A stretch of 64,000 bases of DNA from Burkholderiales bacterium (lineage in GTDB: Bacteria > Pseudomonadota > Gammaproteobacteria > Burkholderiales > Usitatibacteraceae), in NCBI GenBank assembly GCA_038321965.1, contig JBBQFL010000016.1, forward strand, positions 12,832 through 76,831, written 5' to 3'. Below are positions 36,238 through 47,244 of the stretch, one piece after another. Position 1 is the stretch's first letter; each line of letters begins with the position of its first letter. Both the position numbers and the translations under genes were made by a program. The notes below the pieces were generated by a model, which saw nothing but the letters and a program-made list of their open reading frames with translations, was not told where the DNA came from and did no database searches.

Positions 36238-39069
36238 TCAGTCTTCGCTTTCTTTTACAAATCGCAGACCGCGCTCGTCGCGTACGAACCCGGCCGCTTC
36301 GAGTGCGGTGTTCCCAGCGCGATTGAGATCATCCTGATCTTCCGAACTGGCCGCGCCAGAGCCGGGTTTACCAGCCTTTTTTGTCTGCGTATCGGCAACC
36401 GTAGGCAGCACAGCCGCACTACCAGCGGGCCTGAATTTCGTCACCTGCTTCCACGAGCGCGCAAGGGCATCTGCAAAGATCAGCAGCAAGTCACCCTGCT
36501 TGCCCATCTTCAGTGCGGCATCGATGGCTTCCTGCTCATCCGGGATGATGCTGATGGCCGTCTCAGCAACACCTTTTGCGCGCAGCACCTTCGCGATCAT
36601 GCCCGGTACCTCATCGCCGTCTCTGCCACGCAACGAATCGTCGCGGCGGCAAATGTAATGGTCGAATCGGCCTGCCACAGTTTCGGCGATGGCGACGATA
36701 TCTTCATCACGGCGGTCGCCCGGCCCGGCGACGACAATGATGCGCCGCCCCAGCACATCGAGCCGCTCCGCCAGATCCGCCATGACGCCGACGGCGTGCG
36801 CATTGTGGCCGTAATCGAAGATCACCTTGAACGGGTGCTCGTCGAACACATTCATGCGGCCGGGTGCCTGATAGAAAGTGGTATCGAAGGTGCGCAGACC
36901 CTGTCGAATCGCATCAAGCTTGATGCCCAGCGAGAACGCCAGCGCCGCCGCGAACATCGCGTTCTGCACGTTGTGCATGGCGCGGCCTTCGAGCGTCGCG
37001 GGGATCAAATGCGTCCACATCAGGGGAATATGGCCGCCCTTGTCATAAATCGTAATCATCTGGCCGTTCACCCCGGCCTCCAGCGCACACGCTCGGCCAC
37101 CGGCGCGGATGTGTTCGCGCACGACCGCGTGTTGTGGATTAAGGGTGACGTAGCAGATACTTTTCGCCTCTGTATCGGCAGACATCTTGATGACATTAAC
37201 GTCGTCCGCGTTCAGTACCGCACAATCCTTCGCCACTTCAACGATGATGCGCTTCACTTCCGCCAGTTGCTCCAGCGTGTCGATGCCCTTCATGCCGAGG
37301 TGGTCGGCCTGCACGTTCAACACCGCGCCCACGTTCACGAACGGCACGCCCATGCCGGCACGCAGCAGGCCGCCACGGGCGACCTCAAGGATTGCGATAT
37401 CGATCTGGGTGTCGGCCAATACCATGCGGGTGGCGACTGGCCCGGTCATATCGCCTTCCACGGTCCGCTGACCATCGATATATACGCCATCTGTCGTCGT
37501 CAGGCCGGGCGTGAATCCCGCCATTTTGGTGATGTGCGCCAGCATGCGCGACGTGGTGGTTTTGCCGTTGGTGCCAGTGATGGCAGCAATCGGCACCCGC
37601 GACGGCGTTCCGGTTGGAAACAACATGTCGATCACTGGTCCCGCCACGTCGCGCGGCGTGCCTTCCGAGGGCGCTACATGCATGCGAAAGCCGGGAGCCG
37701 CATTAACTTCGCAGATACCGCCACCGACCTGCTTATAGCTCTCCGTAATGTCGGGACTTAGAAAATCGACACCGCCCACGTCGAGGCCGATGGCAGTAAT
37801 CGCGCGCACCGCCATATCGCGATTATCGGGATGGATTACATCTGTCACATCCGTGGCGGTGCCGCCAGTGGAGAGGTTCGCCGTCGAGCGCAGCATCACC
37901 ACCTGATCTTGCGCAGGAATCGAGTCAGGCGTCATCTCAACGCGCGCCAACATCATGTCGGCCTGTTCATCGAGCACGATGCGCGTCATGACTTTTTCAT
38001 GGCCGACGCCGCGCCGGGGATCTTTGTTGACCACATCTACCAATTGCCTCACTGTGGACGCGCCGTCGCCGACCACATGTCCCGGTGTACGGCGGGTCGC
38101 GGCAATCAATTCACCGTTGACGACCAGCAAACGATGATCATCGCCGGTCAAGTAGCTTTCGACGATGACCGATGAGGAATGCTCCTCGGCCGCTTCAAAG
38201 CCCTTGCGGACTTCGACTTCTGTTGTCAGGTGAATTGAAATGCCACGGCCATGATTGCCGTTGTAAGGCTTGGTCACCACCGGGTAGCCGAGCCGCTTGG
38301 CGGCTGAGACCGCGCGATCCCCGGAACGCACCAGCTCTTGTCGTGGCACCGGCAGGCCACGCGCCGCGAGAATCTTGTTTGTCTCTTCCTTGTCGCCCGC
38401 CAGTTCCACTGCAATGTAGCTGGTTCGGCCGGTAACCGTCGCCTGGATGCGCTGCTGCCACTTGCCATAGCCCAACTGAATGAGCGACTGGTCGTTCATG
38501 CGCAGCCATGGAATGCCGCGCTCTTCCGCCGCGCGCACCAGCGCTGCCGTTGAAGGTCCCAGCGCACGGCGTTGTGAATAGCGGATGTACTCGTCGCGCG
38601 CCTTTGGCCATTCCCAGCCATCGGGCACCGATCTTTCCGGCCGCAGGTTTTCCGGCAGGAGTGAGCACAGCAATTTCAATGCAAGTTCGCCAGCTTCGAT
38701 GCCTTCGTCTTTTTGCGCGTATTCATAGATCACCGAATACACGCCGGGCTTATCGGTGCTGCGGGTCTTGCCGAAGGTGACATCTTCGCCGGCCACGTTC
38801 TGCAATTCGATGGCGACATGCTCGAACACATGGCCCAGCCAGGTGCCCTCGCCTTCCAGCATGCGCCGGATCAGGCCACCGGACTCACGATACGAGCAGC
38901 CGTGCTCCTGAAGGCTGGGAAGTGCCGCGACCAATTCCATCACATAGGCGGTGCCCAATTTGGCGGTCGGCCACTCTTCCAGCGGCCCCAGGTCCAGCTC
39001 AAGTCGGATCACCGGAAAATGCGCGTACAGCGACGGGCCGACGTAAACCGAACGATCTAGAATGCGCAT
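36238..39069 (-). CDS. cphA: Cyanophycin synthetase CphA
   Basis: N-terminal CphA domain, an ATP-grasp domain (...GYPVVTKPYNGNHGRGISI...) and C-terminal Mur-ligase domains (ITGTNGKTTTSRM). 943 aa. Confidence 0.85.
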   Translation of the reverse strand: MRILDRSVYVGPSLYAHFPVIRLELDLGPLEEWPTAKLGTAYVMELVAALPSLQEHGCSYRESGGLIRRMLEGEGTWLGHVFEHVAIELQNVAGEDVTFGKTRSTDKPGVYSVIYEYAQKDEGIEAGELALKLLCSLLPENLRPERSVPDGWEWPKARDEYIRYSQRRALGPSTAALVRAAEERGIPWLRMNDQSLIQLGYGKWQQRIQATVTGRTSYIAVELAGDKEETNKILAARGLPVPRQELVRSGDRAVSAAKRLGYPVVTKPYNGNHGRGISIHLTTEVEVRKGFEAAEEHSSSVIVESYLTGDDHRLLVVNGELIAATRRTPGHVVGDGASTVRQLVDVVNKDPRRGVGHEKVMTRIVLDEQADMMLARVEMTPDSIPAQDQVVMLRSTANLSTGGTATDVTDVIHPDNRDMAVRAITAIGLDVGGVDFLSPDITESYKQVGGGICEVNAAPGFRMHVAPSEGTPRDVAGPVIDMLFPTGTPSRVPIAAITGTNGKTTTSRMLAHITKMAGFTPGLTTTDGVYIDGQRTVEGDMTGPVATRMVLADTQIDIAILEVARGGLLRAGMGVPFVNVGAVLNVQADHLGMKGIDTLEQLAEVKRIIVEVAKDCAVLNADDVNVIKMSADTEAKSICYVTLNPQHAVVREHIRAGGRACALEAGVNGQMITIYDKGGHIPLMWTHLIPATLEGRAMHNVQNAMFAAALAFSLGIKLDAIRQGLRTFDTTFYQAPGRMNVFDEHPFKVIFDYGHNAHAVGVMADLAERLDVLGRRIIVVAGPGDRRDEDIVAIAETVAGRFDHYICRRDDSLRGRDGDEVPGMIAKVLRAKGVAETAISIIPDEQEAIDAALKMGKQGDLLLIFADALARSWKQVTKFRPAGSAAVLPTVADTQTKKAGKPGSGAASSEDQDDLNRAGNTALEAAGFVRDERGLRFVKESED

Positions 39070-39078
39070 GTGCTCTCC

Positions 39079-39921
39079 CTATTTTTTTGTACGCGTCAGC
39101 GAGCCGGCTGAGGCCTTTCGCGTGTGCAGATTGAATTTAGCACCGGCGATGAGAATATGGATGGAGACGCCCAGCATACACACCGGTTGCCCTTCTGCCG
39201 CTATGTCCATCGACGAGAACTCCATGCCGGACGCATCGACGACGGTGATGCTGCCACTGCCTGCTGCCTCCAGTACATTGTCGGGACCAATAAAGGCGGC
39301 GGTATCCTCGTCGAGCCCCAGGCCGATGGCGAACGGGTTGAACGCCAATGCGGCGAGCAAGCGGCCAAGCCGGTCGCGCTGTCTAAAATGCTGATCAATA
39401 ATGAAACGATTGGTGAGACCCAGCCCAGGTGCTAGTCGCACAGCGCCCGCAATCGGACTGGCGCCCTCTTCGCCGAAGGCAATCATGTGCTCACTGATGA
39501 ACGCCGCGCCGGCACTGGTACCTGCAATGTGCACACCACCCGCGTTCATCAGGCGTAGCGCCTTCGCAACCGATGTACCGCCAAGTATGGTTGAGAGGCG
39601 CAACTGATTGCCGCCCGTGAAAAACACCCCAGTAGCTGATTTCAGGCGCTCTAGTCGGCCGCTTTCATCACAATCGCGGCGCGTGTCGAAATCCATCGCC
39701 GTCACCCGCGCCGCACCTAGCTCGGTAAAAATTCGCTCGTAGCGTGAGCCGGAGTCGGCCATCTGGCTGGCCGTCGGGATGACGACGATATCCGCCTCAC
39801 CATTGGGCGCGCAAAGCTCGACAAAACGCCGCAAAATCTGCGGGTAATTTTCTTTTTCCTCTGCCCCGCCAATGGGAATGATCCATCCACGTTCCGCACC
39901 CTCTGCGACCTTGCTCGGCAT
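39079..39921 (-). CDS. cphB: Cyanophycinase CphB (peptidase S51)
   Basis: S51 fold with GTSAGA nucleophile motif and IIPIGGAEEK at the N-terminus. It is the first gene of the cph operon. Confidence 0.8.
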   Translation of the reverse strand: MPSKVAEGAERGWIIPIGGAEEKENYPQILRRFVELCAPNGEADIVVIPTASQMADSGSRYERIFTELGAARVTAMDFDTRRDCDESGRLERLKSATGVFFTGGNQLRLSTILGGTSVAKALRLMNAGGVHIAGTSAGAAFISEHMIAFGEEGASPIAGAVRLAPGLGLTNRFIIDQHFRQRDRLGRLLAALAFNPFAIGLGLDEDTAAFIGPDNVLEAAGSGSITVVDASGMEFSSMDIAAEGQPVCMLGVSIHILIAGAKFNLHTRKASAGSLTRTKK

Positions 39922-40214
39922 TCGACCTGCTCCAAATCAGTTAGGTACGAGATGATGCCATTGGCCGCAGATGCGCGCCAAACAGCGTGTCTATTTATTG
40001 TTGCCCTGCGCGGGCCAAACTCCAACACTGGCGCGCATTTCAAGCCGAAACGATTGCCAAAAATAGAGTCTGTCAGGCACTCGCCGGCAACTTGGCTGAT
40101 TTTGCGCGGAACAAGTCTTCCCTGCAAAGTCTAGAAAAGTATCTTGGGCCGCCGACCTGAATGGAGGAATTCGATCCGCGGCGTGCCCATTGGACAACAA
40201 TCCAATTTGAGCCG

Positions 40215-43200
40215 TTACTTTGTGATCAACAGTTGCCTCGCTTTTGAAAGCTCCGATGCATCGAACCCCACTGGTAGATTGGCACACAAGGTGTGCAGCG
40301 TCCGCATGCATTGAACTGCTTGCCCGGTAAAGCGGGCCGCGCCTACCAGGCTAATTGCTGCCCTAAGTTGGAACAGGGGTGCCTTCTGCTGGGTCGCGGT
40401 GGCCAGAGCCTGATGCAGCGAAGTCATCGCCGCTTCCGGATGATTGGGTTCGACCGCAAGCAGACATATGCCCTGCATGCGATACAGTTCCGATACGCAA
40501 AAGCCGATACCCGGTTCGGTAATCGTTCCGATGGCGGTGGCGAGAATGGGCAAAGCTGCCGCCGCCTTGCCAAAATGCGCTCGTGCTTCCGCTAGCAATA
40601 CAGCGTAGAAACGGAAAAAAGGTCCAATGGCGACGGCTTGGTCGTAAATGCTTTCCATCGCCTCCAGACCGGCTTCGGAATTTCGTCCCAATGCCTGCGC
40701 CCATCCATTAAGAAATAGCGCGTTCGCGCGATGTGGCGGAAAATTGTACTTGTTGGCAAGCTCGATAAGGCGTTGCGCATATCTCTCAACACCTGCATAG
40801 TCGCGCGCCATCTGGCAGGACGTCGATGCATTGTGCAGCGCATGCCCGACGCTAGATGGGTAACCGAGTTTATCGGCGAGAACCAGCGATTGGTCGATAC
40901 ATTCCGCTGCGCGCTGGAATTGGCCCGACTGCGAGAGAACAATAGCTTGCACCCCATATGCGCAAACGCCGGGATCATGTCCGCCGAAGACCGGACCCAT
41001 CCAGCTATGTTGGACGGGATCGTAACGCTCGATGCCCTCCAGGCTGTCTTTGATTGCGGTGGGCACGTCGCCGCGAAACATGGCGGTCGACCAGCGGCAG
41101 TGAAAAGCTTCTAGCAACAAATCCGTGTCGTCCAGATGCTGGCCCAGGGCGACAAGTTCCTGTGCGCGGTCGCGCGCCACTTCCAGTTTCCGGCCGACGT
41201 TCGCCGAAAGCCATAGGCCCCAGGTCGCCTTAAACAATCCGTTCTTGTCCCCCAGCTTGGCAGCAATTTCACGGGCCTGCAGGTAAGTCTGTTCCGTTTC
41301 TGGGCTTTGGTGGCCTTTGATAATCGTTAACGCCGGCCCGGATTTGAGCAGCAGTTCCAATTCGATTTTCCAGCGATCAGCGCCGTCTACCAACCGGCGT
41401 GCCTCCACCAAGCCCGCCCGGAAATGAGCAACTGCTTCGAAAAAATTGGAGCGGGCTACGGCACGGTCGCCTGCGCGCTCCCAATATGCGCACGACAATT
41501 CGGCAAGGTGCGCCTCGCCAAAATGGTAGGCCAGCAATTCCGGTTCACCTTCGACAGTGGCGGGGAAATCCGCTGCCAATGCGCGAGCGACCCGCTCGTG
41601 GATCTGCTGACGCCGTCCACGCAACAGGTTATCGTAGGCCACGTCGCGCACCAACGCGTGTTTGAAGCTGTAGCCAGCTTCGCTAGACTTGCTGTGGGGG
41701 AACACCAGCCCGGCATCGACCAACTTCGCTAAGCCAGTTGCGAGGTCGCCTGCTGATGCTGGCACGACTGCTTCCAGCAGGCTGAGGGAAAACTCCTTAC
41801 CGATGACGGCCGCGACTTGGGCGATTTCCTTGGCCGCCCCCAGCCGGTCCAAGCGCGCCATGAGCGAATCATGCAAGGTAGCGGGAACGGCGGGCCGTTC
41901 TGGTGTCGCGGATTCCATCACTGCCTTGGTCAGTTCTTCGACGAATAGAGGCACGCCATCGGTCTTGGCCAAGATATCTTCGATCAGGGAAGGGGCAAGT
42001 TTCCAGCCTGCCACAATGCTGGTCAGCATTTCGATGCACTGCGCCTTGCCGAGCCGGCTGAGGGCAAGCGACGACAGATGATCGCGCCCTGACCAAGGCG
42101 AAACGAACTCCGGTCGTGACGTGATGATGATGAGCACCGCCGACGCCGCAATGCCGTCGACGAGGCGCGTGAGCAGCTCAAGTGTGGATGGGTCTATCCA
42201 ATGCACGTCTTCAAATATCAGCAAGGTAGGTCGTTGTTCGGCGATATGCGTGATCTGATTGACCAGCGCAGCAATGGTGGCAGCTTTACGTTGTGCCGGC
42301 GGGGTGGTGAGTGCGCGGTCCCCGAGTGGGATCGACAGCAGATCGGCCAGCAGTAGCGCCGTCGTCTCGCTGAAGTTATTGGATGCAGAAAGCATGGTTT
42401 CCAATTTCTGCAGCTTCAGGGCTGGCGAATCTTCCGGCGTGAATCCGGCGGCGTGCTCGAGGTTCCGAATGATGGGGTGCAGGGCACTATTGGTGTGGTA
42501 GGAGGAACACTGGCAGATCAGGTGGTAATAAGTCTCGTCGCCAAGGCGCTCGCACACACCGTCGAGAATGCGCGATTTGCCCATGCCGGGTTCACCGGAC
42601 AGGACGACGACCTGTCCCTCGTTTTGTTTGGCCATCTGCCAGCGGTCCAGAATCAGTGCGACTTCCTGGGTGCGCCCGACGAAGGACGCGGCCCCTACGG
42701 TTCGTTCGGCCGAAAAGCGGCTGGCGATGGACGCCTCGCGCAATACTCGCCAGACAGGGACCGGATTTGCGAAGCCCTTCAGCGAGTGCTCCCCAAGACG
42801 TTGATAATCAAACTGCCGACCCAGAAGGCTGTACGTACTCTGGCTAATCAGAATGGCGTCGGGCTCCGCCAGCGCCTGCAGACGTGCCGCTAGATTGGGC
42901 GTTTCGCCTACGACGGCGTGTTCGCGCGCAGTACCGGTGCCGATAATGTCGCCAATCACGACGACGCCGGTGGCAATACCGATGCGCACCTGGACCGGCT
43001 GCGCCTCGGGCGTTTTTAGATGCGCGACATTTTCGATGATCGCAAGTGCCGCAAGTATCGTCCGTTTGGCCGCGTCTTCGTACGCCTGCGGATAGCCGAA
43101 ATACGCGAGCACGCCGTCACCCATGAATTTGGCGATGAAGCCGTCGAAGCGAACGATAGCGCCTGCGCAGGCGTCCTGATAGCGCCGGATTAGCATGCTC

Positions 43201-43526
43201 ATATCTTCCGGATCGATGGCGTTGGCGAGCGCGGTCGAGCCTACCAGATCGCAAAACATGACCGTGACCTGGCGCCGCTCGGCTTCCTTCGTCGCCGGTG
43301 GATCGGCAGGGGCAACCGCAGTGGCTGCCTGTGGCAAGCCGAGCGTGTGCGCACGTTCCACGAGCGCTCGCAATAACTTGCGGCGATGACCCAGCGAAAA
43401 GCCTAGCTTCTCAAAATCACTTTCCGCGAGGTCGGAAATAATGTCGAAATCGATATCGTTTTCGACCAATACTTCAGCGTACTGCTCGAGGCCAAGCTCG
43501 GTGAGCCAATCCTGAAATTTCGTCAT
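40215..43526 (-). CDS. SAM-domain + class III adenylate/guanylate cyclase (CHD) + STAND/AAA ATPase + TPR multidomain signalling protein
   Basis: N-terminal sterile-alpha-motif-like region (FQDWLTELGLEQYAEVLVENDIDFDIISDLAESDFEKLGFSLGHRRKLL), CHD (VTVMFCDLVGSTAL...FMGDGVLAYFG), P-loop GEPGMGKS, and C-terminal TPR-like helices. ATG 43526 is preferred over the GTG at 43568. Confidence 0.7.
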   Translation of the reverse strand: MTKFQDWLTELGLEQYAEVLVENDIDFDIISDLAESDFEKLGFSLGHRRKLLRALVERAHTLGLPQAATAVAPADPPATKEAERRQVTVMFCDLVGSTALANAIDPEDMSMLIRRYQDACAGAIVRFDGFIAKFMGDGVLAYFGYPQAYEDAAKRTILAALAIIENVAHLKTPEAQPVQVRIGIATGVVVIGDIIGTGTAREHAVVGETPNLAARLQALAEPDAILISQSTYSLLGRQFDYQRLGEHSLKGFANPVPVWRVLREASIASRFSAERTVGAASFVGRTQEVALILDRWQMAKQNEGQVVVLSGEPGMGKSRILDGVCERLGDETYYHLICQCSSYHTNSALHPIIRNLEHAAGFTPEDSPALKLQKLETMLSASNNFSETTALLLADLLSIPLGDRALTTPPAQRKAATIAALVNQITHIAEQRPTLLIFEDVHWIDPSTLELLTRLVDGIAASAVLIIITSRPEFVSPWSGRDHLSSLALSRLGKAQCIEMLTSIVAGWKLAPSLIEDILAKTDGVPLFVEELTKAVMESATPERPAVPATLHDSLMARLDRLGAAKEIAQVAAVIGKEFSLSLLEAVVPASAGDLATGLAKLVDAGLVFPHSKSSEAGYSFKHALVRDVAYDNLLRGRRQQIHERVARALAADFPATVEGEPELLAYHFGEAHLAELSCAYWERAGDRAVARSNFFEAVAHFRAGLVEARRLVDGADRWKIELELLLKSGPALTIIKGHQSPETEQTYLQAREIAAKLGDKNGLFKATWGLWLSANVGRKLEVARDRAQELVALGQHLDDTDLLLEAFHCRWSTAMFRGDVPTAIKDSLEGIERYDPVQHSWMGPVFGGHDPGVCAYGVQAIVLSQSGQFQRAAECIDQSLVLADKLGYPSSVGHALHNASTSCQMARDYAGVERYAQRLIELANKYNFPPHRANALFLNGWAQALGRNSEAGLEAMESIYDQAVAIGPFFRFYAVLLAEARAHFGKAAAALPILATAIGTITEPGIGFCVSELYRMQGICLLAVEPNHPEAAMTSLHQALATATQQKAPLFQLRAAISLVGAARFTGQAVQCMRTLHTLCANLPVGFDASELSKARQLLITK

Positions 43527-43691
43527 GACACCCCATGCCCCCTTTTTTGTCGTTCCAGGCGATGACACTAGCGATGCTTCGCCGTCCCGACGCCAGCAAA
43601 ACCGGCAAAGTTAAGCGGAAGAATACCGTACTTGCCGCTTATCGCAAACGCCGCGCCCTCGATGGCCCGTACATTTGGTTATCGAACTAGC

Positions 43692-45722
43692 TTATGGCAA
43701 CTGAAATTCGGCAGCAAGTTTTGTCCAGCGCGGCTCAAACGCTGCGACAAACTGCTTGTACTCCGCCGATTCGCGAATTTTCGCCAGCATCGGATCGCGC
43801 TTGAACAGCGGAAGATTTGGAAATCCGGTGTCGGCGGTTATTTGTAACCAGCGGACCGCTTCTTCCGCATCGCCGCCAAGGGCATGAATTCTGGCGGCGG
43901 TGAAGGTTTCATGGTGCGTCGCGCGGCCGGAGGTCGATTGCGTGACAATTTTGCGGATCATCGCCTGCGCCTCGGCATGCCGCCCTTGAAGCGCGAGCAA
44001 CAGGGCCTTCGGCTCCAGTTTGCCTTTCGCCTCGGGGTGCTCAGCGAGGTATTTATCCAGCTGCTCGGCAGCTGCGGATATCATTCTTTTTTCCAGGTAG
44101 AAAGCGACGCTCGGTTCTTTGTTCAACAACTCCTTTGCCGCTTTCGCGGCCTCGTCAGGGCGCGCGAAAAACAAAAGTGCCCCCACATACATTTCCTTGG
44201 CAGCTACATTTGCCGGATTCAATGCCAATAGGCGGGCCACCTCGCGGTGACCTTGTTCCTCGAGTCCCACATGAAAGTACAGGCTCGCTAGCTCAAAATC
44301 CACTTGTGTTGGGTCCAGCCGTTCAGCCGTCCTGTATTCCCGATAGGCGGTGGCCATTTGCCAGTGACCATATTCGCTGGTGGCAATGGCGCCGCGAACC
44401 ATGTGCAGGAACGGCAGATTCGGATCAAGTTGTTCCGCGCGGCGCAGCGCCACCAAAGCCTTTTCATAGAGCCCGGACTTGCTGATATCGAATATTGCGT
44501 TCCACAAAAAAGCGTAGGCGAGACGCGCGTGGGCCAACGCAAAATCGGGCGCCTCCGCAATGGCCTGCTGAAAATAGTTGACCGCCTCGCTGGTGTCCGT
44601 ATCCAAATTGATATTCTTGTAAAAGCTCTCCACACCTTTCGAGTAAGCCTCATACGCGCGCGGCGATATTGACGACGGCCGCTTGCTGTTCAGTTCATGG
44701 TCCAGCACGATGCGCAGATGCGCAGCGACCGCCTGCGACACCTGATCCTGCAGCCCGAATATATCGGTAGCCTTCACATCGAAGATGGCATTCCACAGCA
44801 ACTTGCGATCACTGGGCCGAATCAGGCTGGCGTTCACGCGCAGTCGATCGCCGGCCTGTTGCCAGGTTCCGTCCAGAACGGCTGCCACCGCCAACGCCTT
44901 GCCAGCCGCGGCGGCATCCGTGTCGAGTGCCGTGTAGCCGCGCACGGCGGTCAGCGGCCGCACCGTGATTTGGCGCGATTTGCTCAACTCGCTAATGATG
45001 GCGTCGGCCAGTCCCAAGCCGAGCATATCCTGCGCGTTGGCCGCCGCCAGTGGCTTTAGCGGCAATACGGCGATCGAGCCGATATCAACCGTTTCGGTGA
45101 CTGACTTTAGGCGCGCAGCAATCGGCGCCCAAGACGGTGCGAAATAGAAAGATACGGCCAGTATTGCGCACAGCGGCAATGCCCACAGCCATCGTCTGGA
45201 TAGCGACCACCGCGAAGTGCTCGCATTACTCAGCGCCACAACATAAACATTCATTGACTTGTCAATATTTTTTAACTTCTTGGCGCCAAGCAGGCGAAAG
45301 GCCAGGTTGTCCTGGCTGCGCACCGCGCCGTACACCGCGTCCGATACTGCGATACCGCCTTCCGGCGCCAGCGGCTCGATACGCGCAGCAATATTGACGC
45401 CGTCGCCGAAAATGTCGTCACCGCGATGCACGATTTCACCGATGTGAATGCCGATACGGACACAAAACTTCGCTTGCGCACGCATTTGTTCCTGAATACT
45501 TTGCGCGCACAGCACGGCGGCTACTGCACTGTCGAAACTGCACAATGTCCCGTCGCCCATCTCCTTGTGCAGACGTCCGCCGAATTCACCGAGCAAGGGC
45601 AACATTATTTCCCGCTGCTGCTGCATGGCTGCCAGCGCAAGCTTTTCATCGCCTGCCATCAGCGCTGAAAATCCGACGATGTCGGTGAACATGATGGCGC
45701 TGAGCTTGCGACGCTCTGACAT
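43692..45722 (-). CDS. Class III adenylate/guanylate cyclase with TM segment and periplasmic/TPR-like C-terminal domain
   Basis: CHD at the N-terminus (LSAIMFTDIVGFSALM...EMGDGTLCSF), one TM helix, then a long repeat-rich region containing TPR-like helices. Confidence 0.7.
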   Translation of the reverse strand: MSERRKLSAIMFTDIVGFSALMAGDEKLALAAMQQQREIMLPLLGEFGGRLHKEMGDGTLCSFDSAVAAVLCAQSIQEQMRAQAKFCVRIGIHIGEIVHRGDDIFGDGVNIAARIEPLAPEGGIAVSDAVYGAVRSQDNLAFRLLGAKKLKNIDKSMNVYVVALSNASTSRWSLSRRWLWALPLCAILAVSFYFAPSWAPIAARLKSVTETVDIGSIAVLPLKPLAAANAQDMLGLGLADAIISELSKSRQITVRPLTAVRGYTALDTDAAAAGKALAVAAVLDGTWQQAGDRLRVNASLIRPSDRKLLWNAIFDVKATDIFGLQDQVSQAVAAHLRIVLDHELNSKRPSSISPRAYEAYSKGVESFYKNINLDTDTSEAVNYFQQAIAEAPDFALAHARLAYAFLWNAIFDISKSGLYEKALVALRRAEQLDPNLPFLHMVRGAIATSEYGHWQMATAYREYRTAERLDPTQVDFELASLYFHVGLEEQGHREVARLLALNPANVAAKEMYVGALLFFARPDEAAKAAKELLNKEPSVAFYLEKRMISAAAEQLDKYLAEHPEAKGKLEPKALLLALQGRHAEAQAMIRKIVTQSTSGRATHHETFTAARIHALGGDAEEAVRWLQITADTGFPNLPLFKRDPMLAKIRESAEYKQFVAAFEPRWTKLAAEFQLP

Positions 45723-46020
45723 CGGTCTCTCAAGAGAAATCGTATGGGTAGTGTTACTACATTGATTATTGAGTGGCGAAGCTTGAATTACAAGCTTCCT
45801 TCGGTGCTCAATCAACTCAACTATACAAGTGACATGAAAAATCCCTAGTTGTGGCAACACAACGAGGGATTCAGTAGCACAATATTATTGATACGTACTA
45901 ATTTACAAATGGCTGGAATGCCTTGTGAATACTCAGTCGCATCACAATTGTTATATGTCTTACCCGAAACAAAAACTCGGGGCACCCATTGCGCCATCCC
46001 TTCGGCGCAGCAAACACATA

Positions 46021-47244
<1,224 letters not shown>

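Noticed and set aside
43527-43568. Upstream GTG start that would add 14 aa (VSSPGTTKKGAWGV) to the SAM-cyclase protein
   Set aside because: The ATG at 43526 sits at the natural beginning of the SAM-like domain. The extension is not compelling, and I cannot judge RBS quality for either start.
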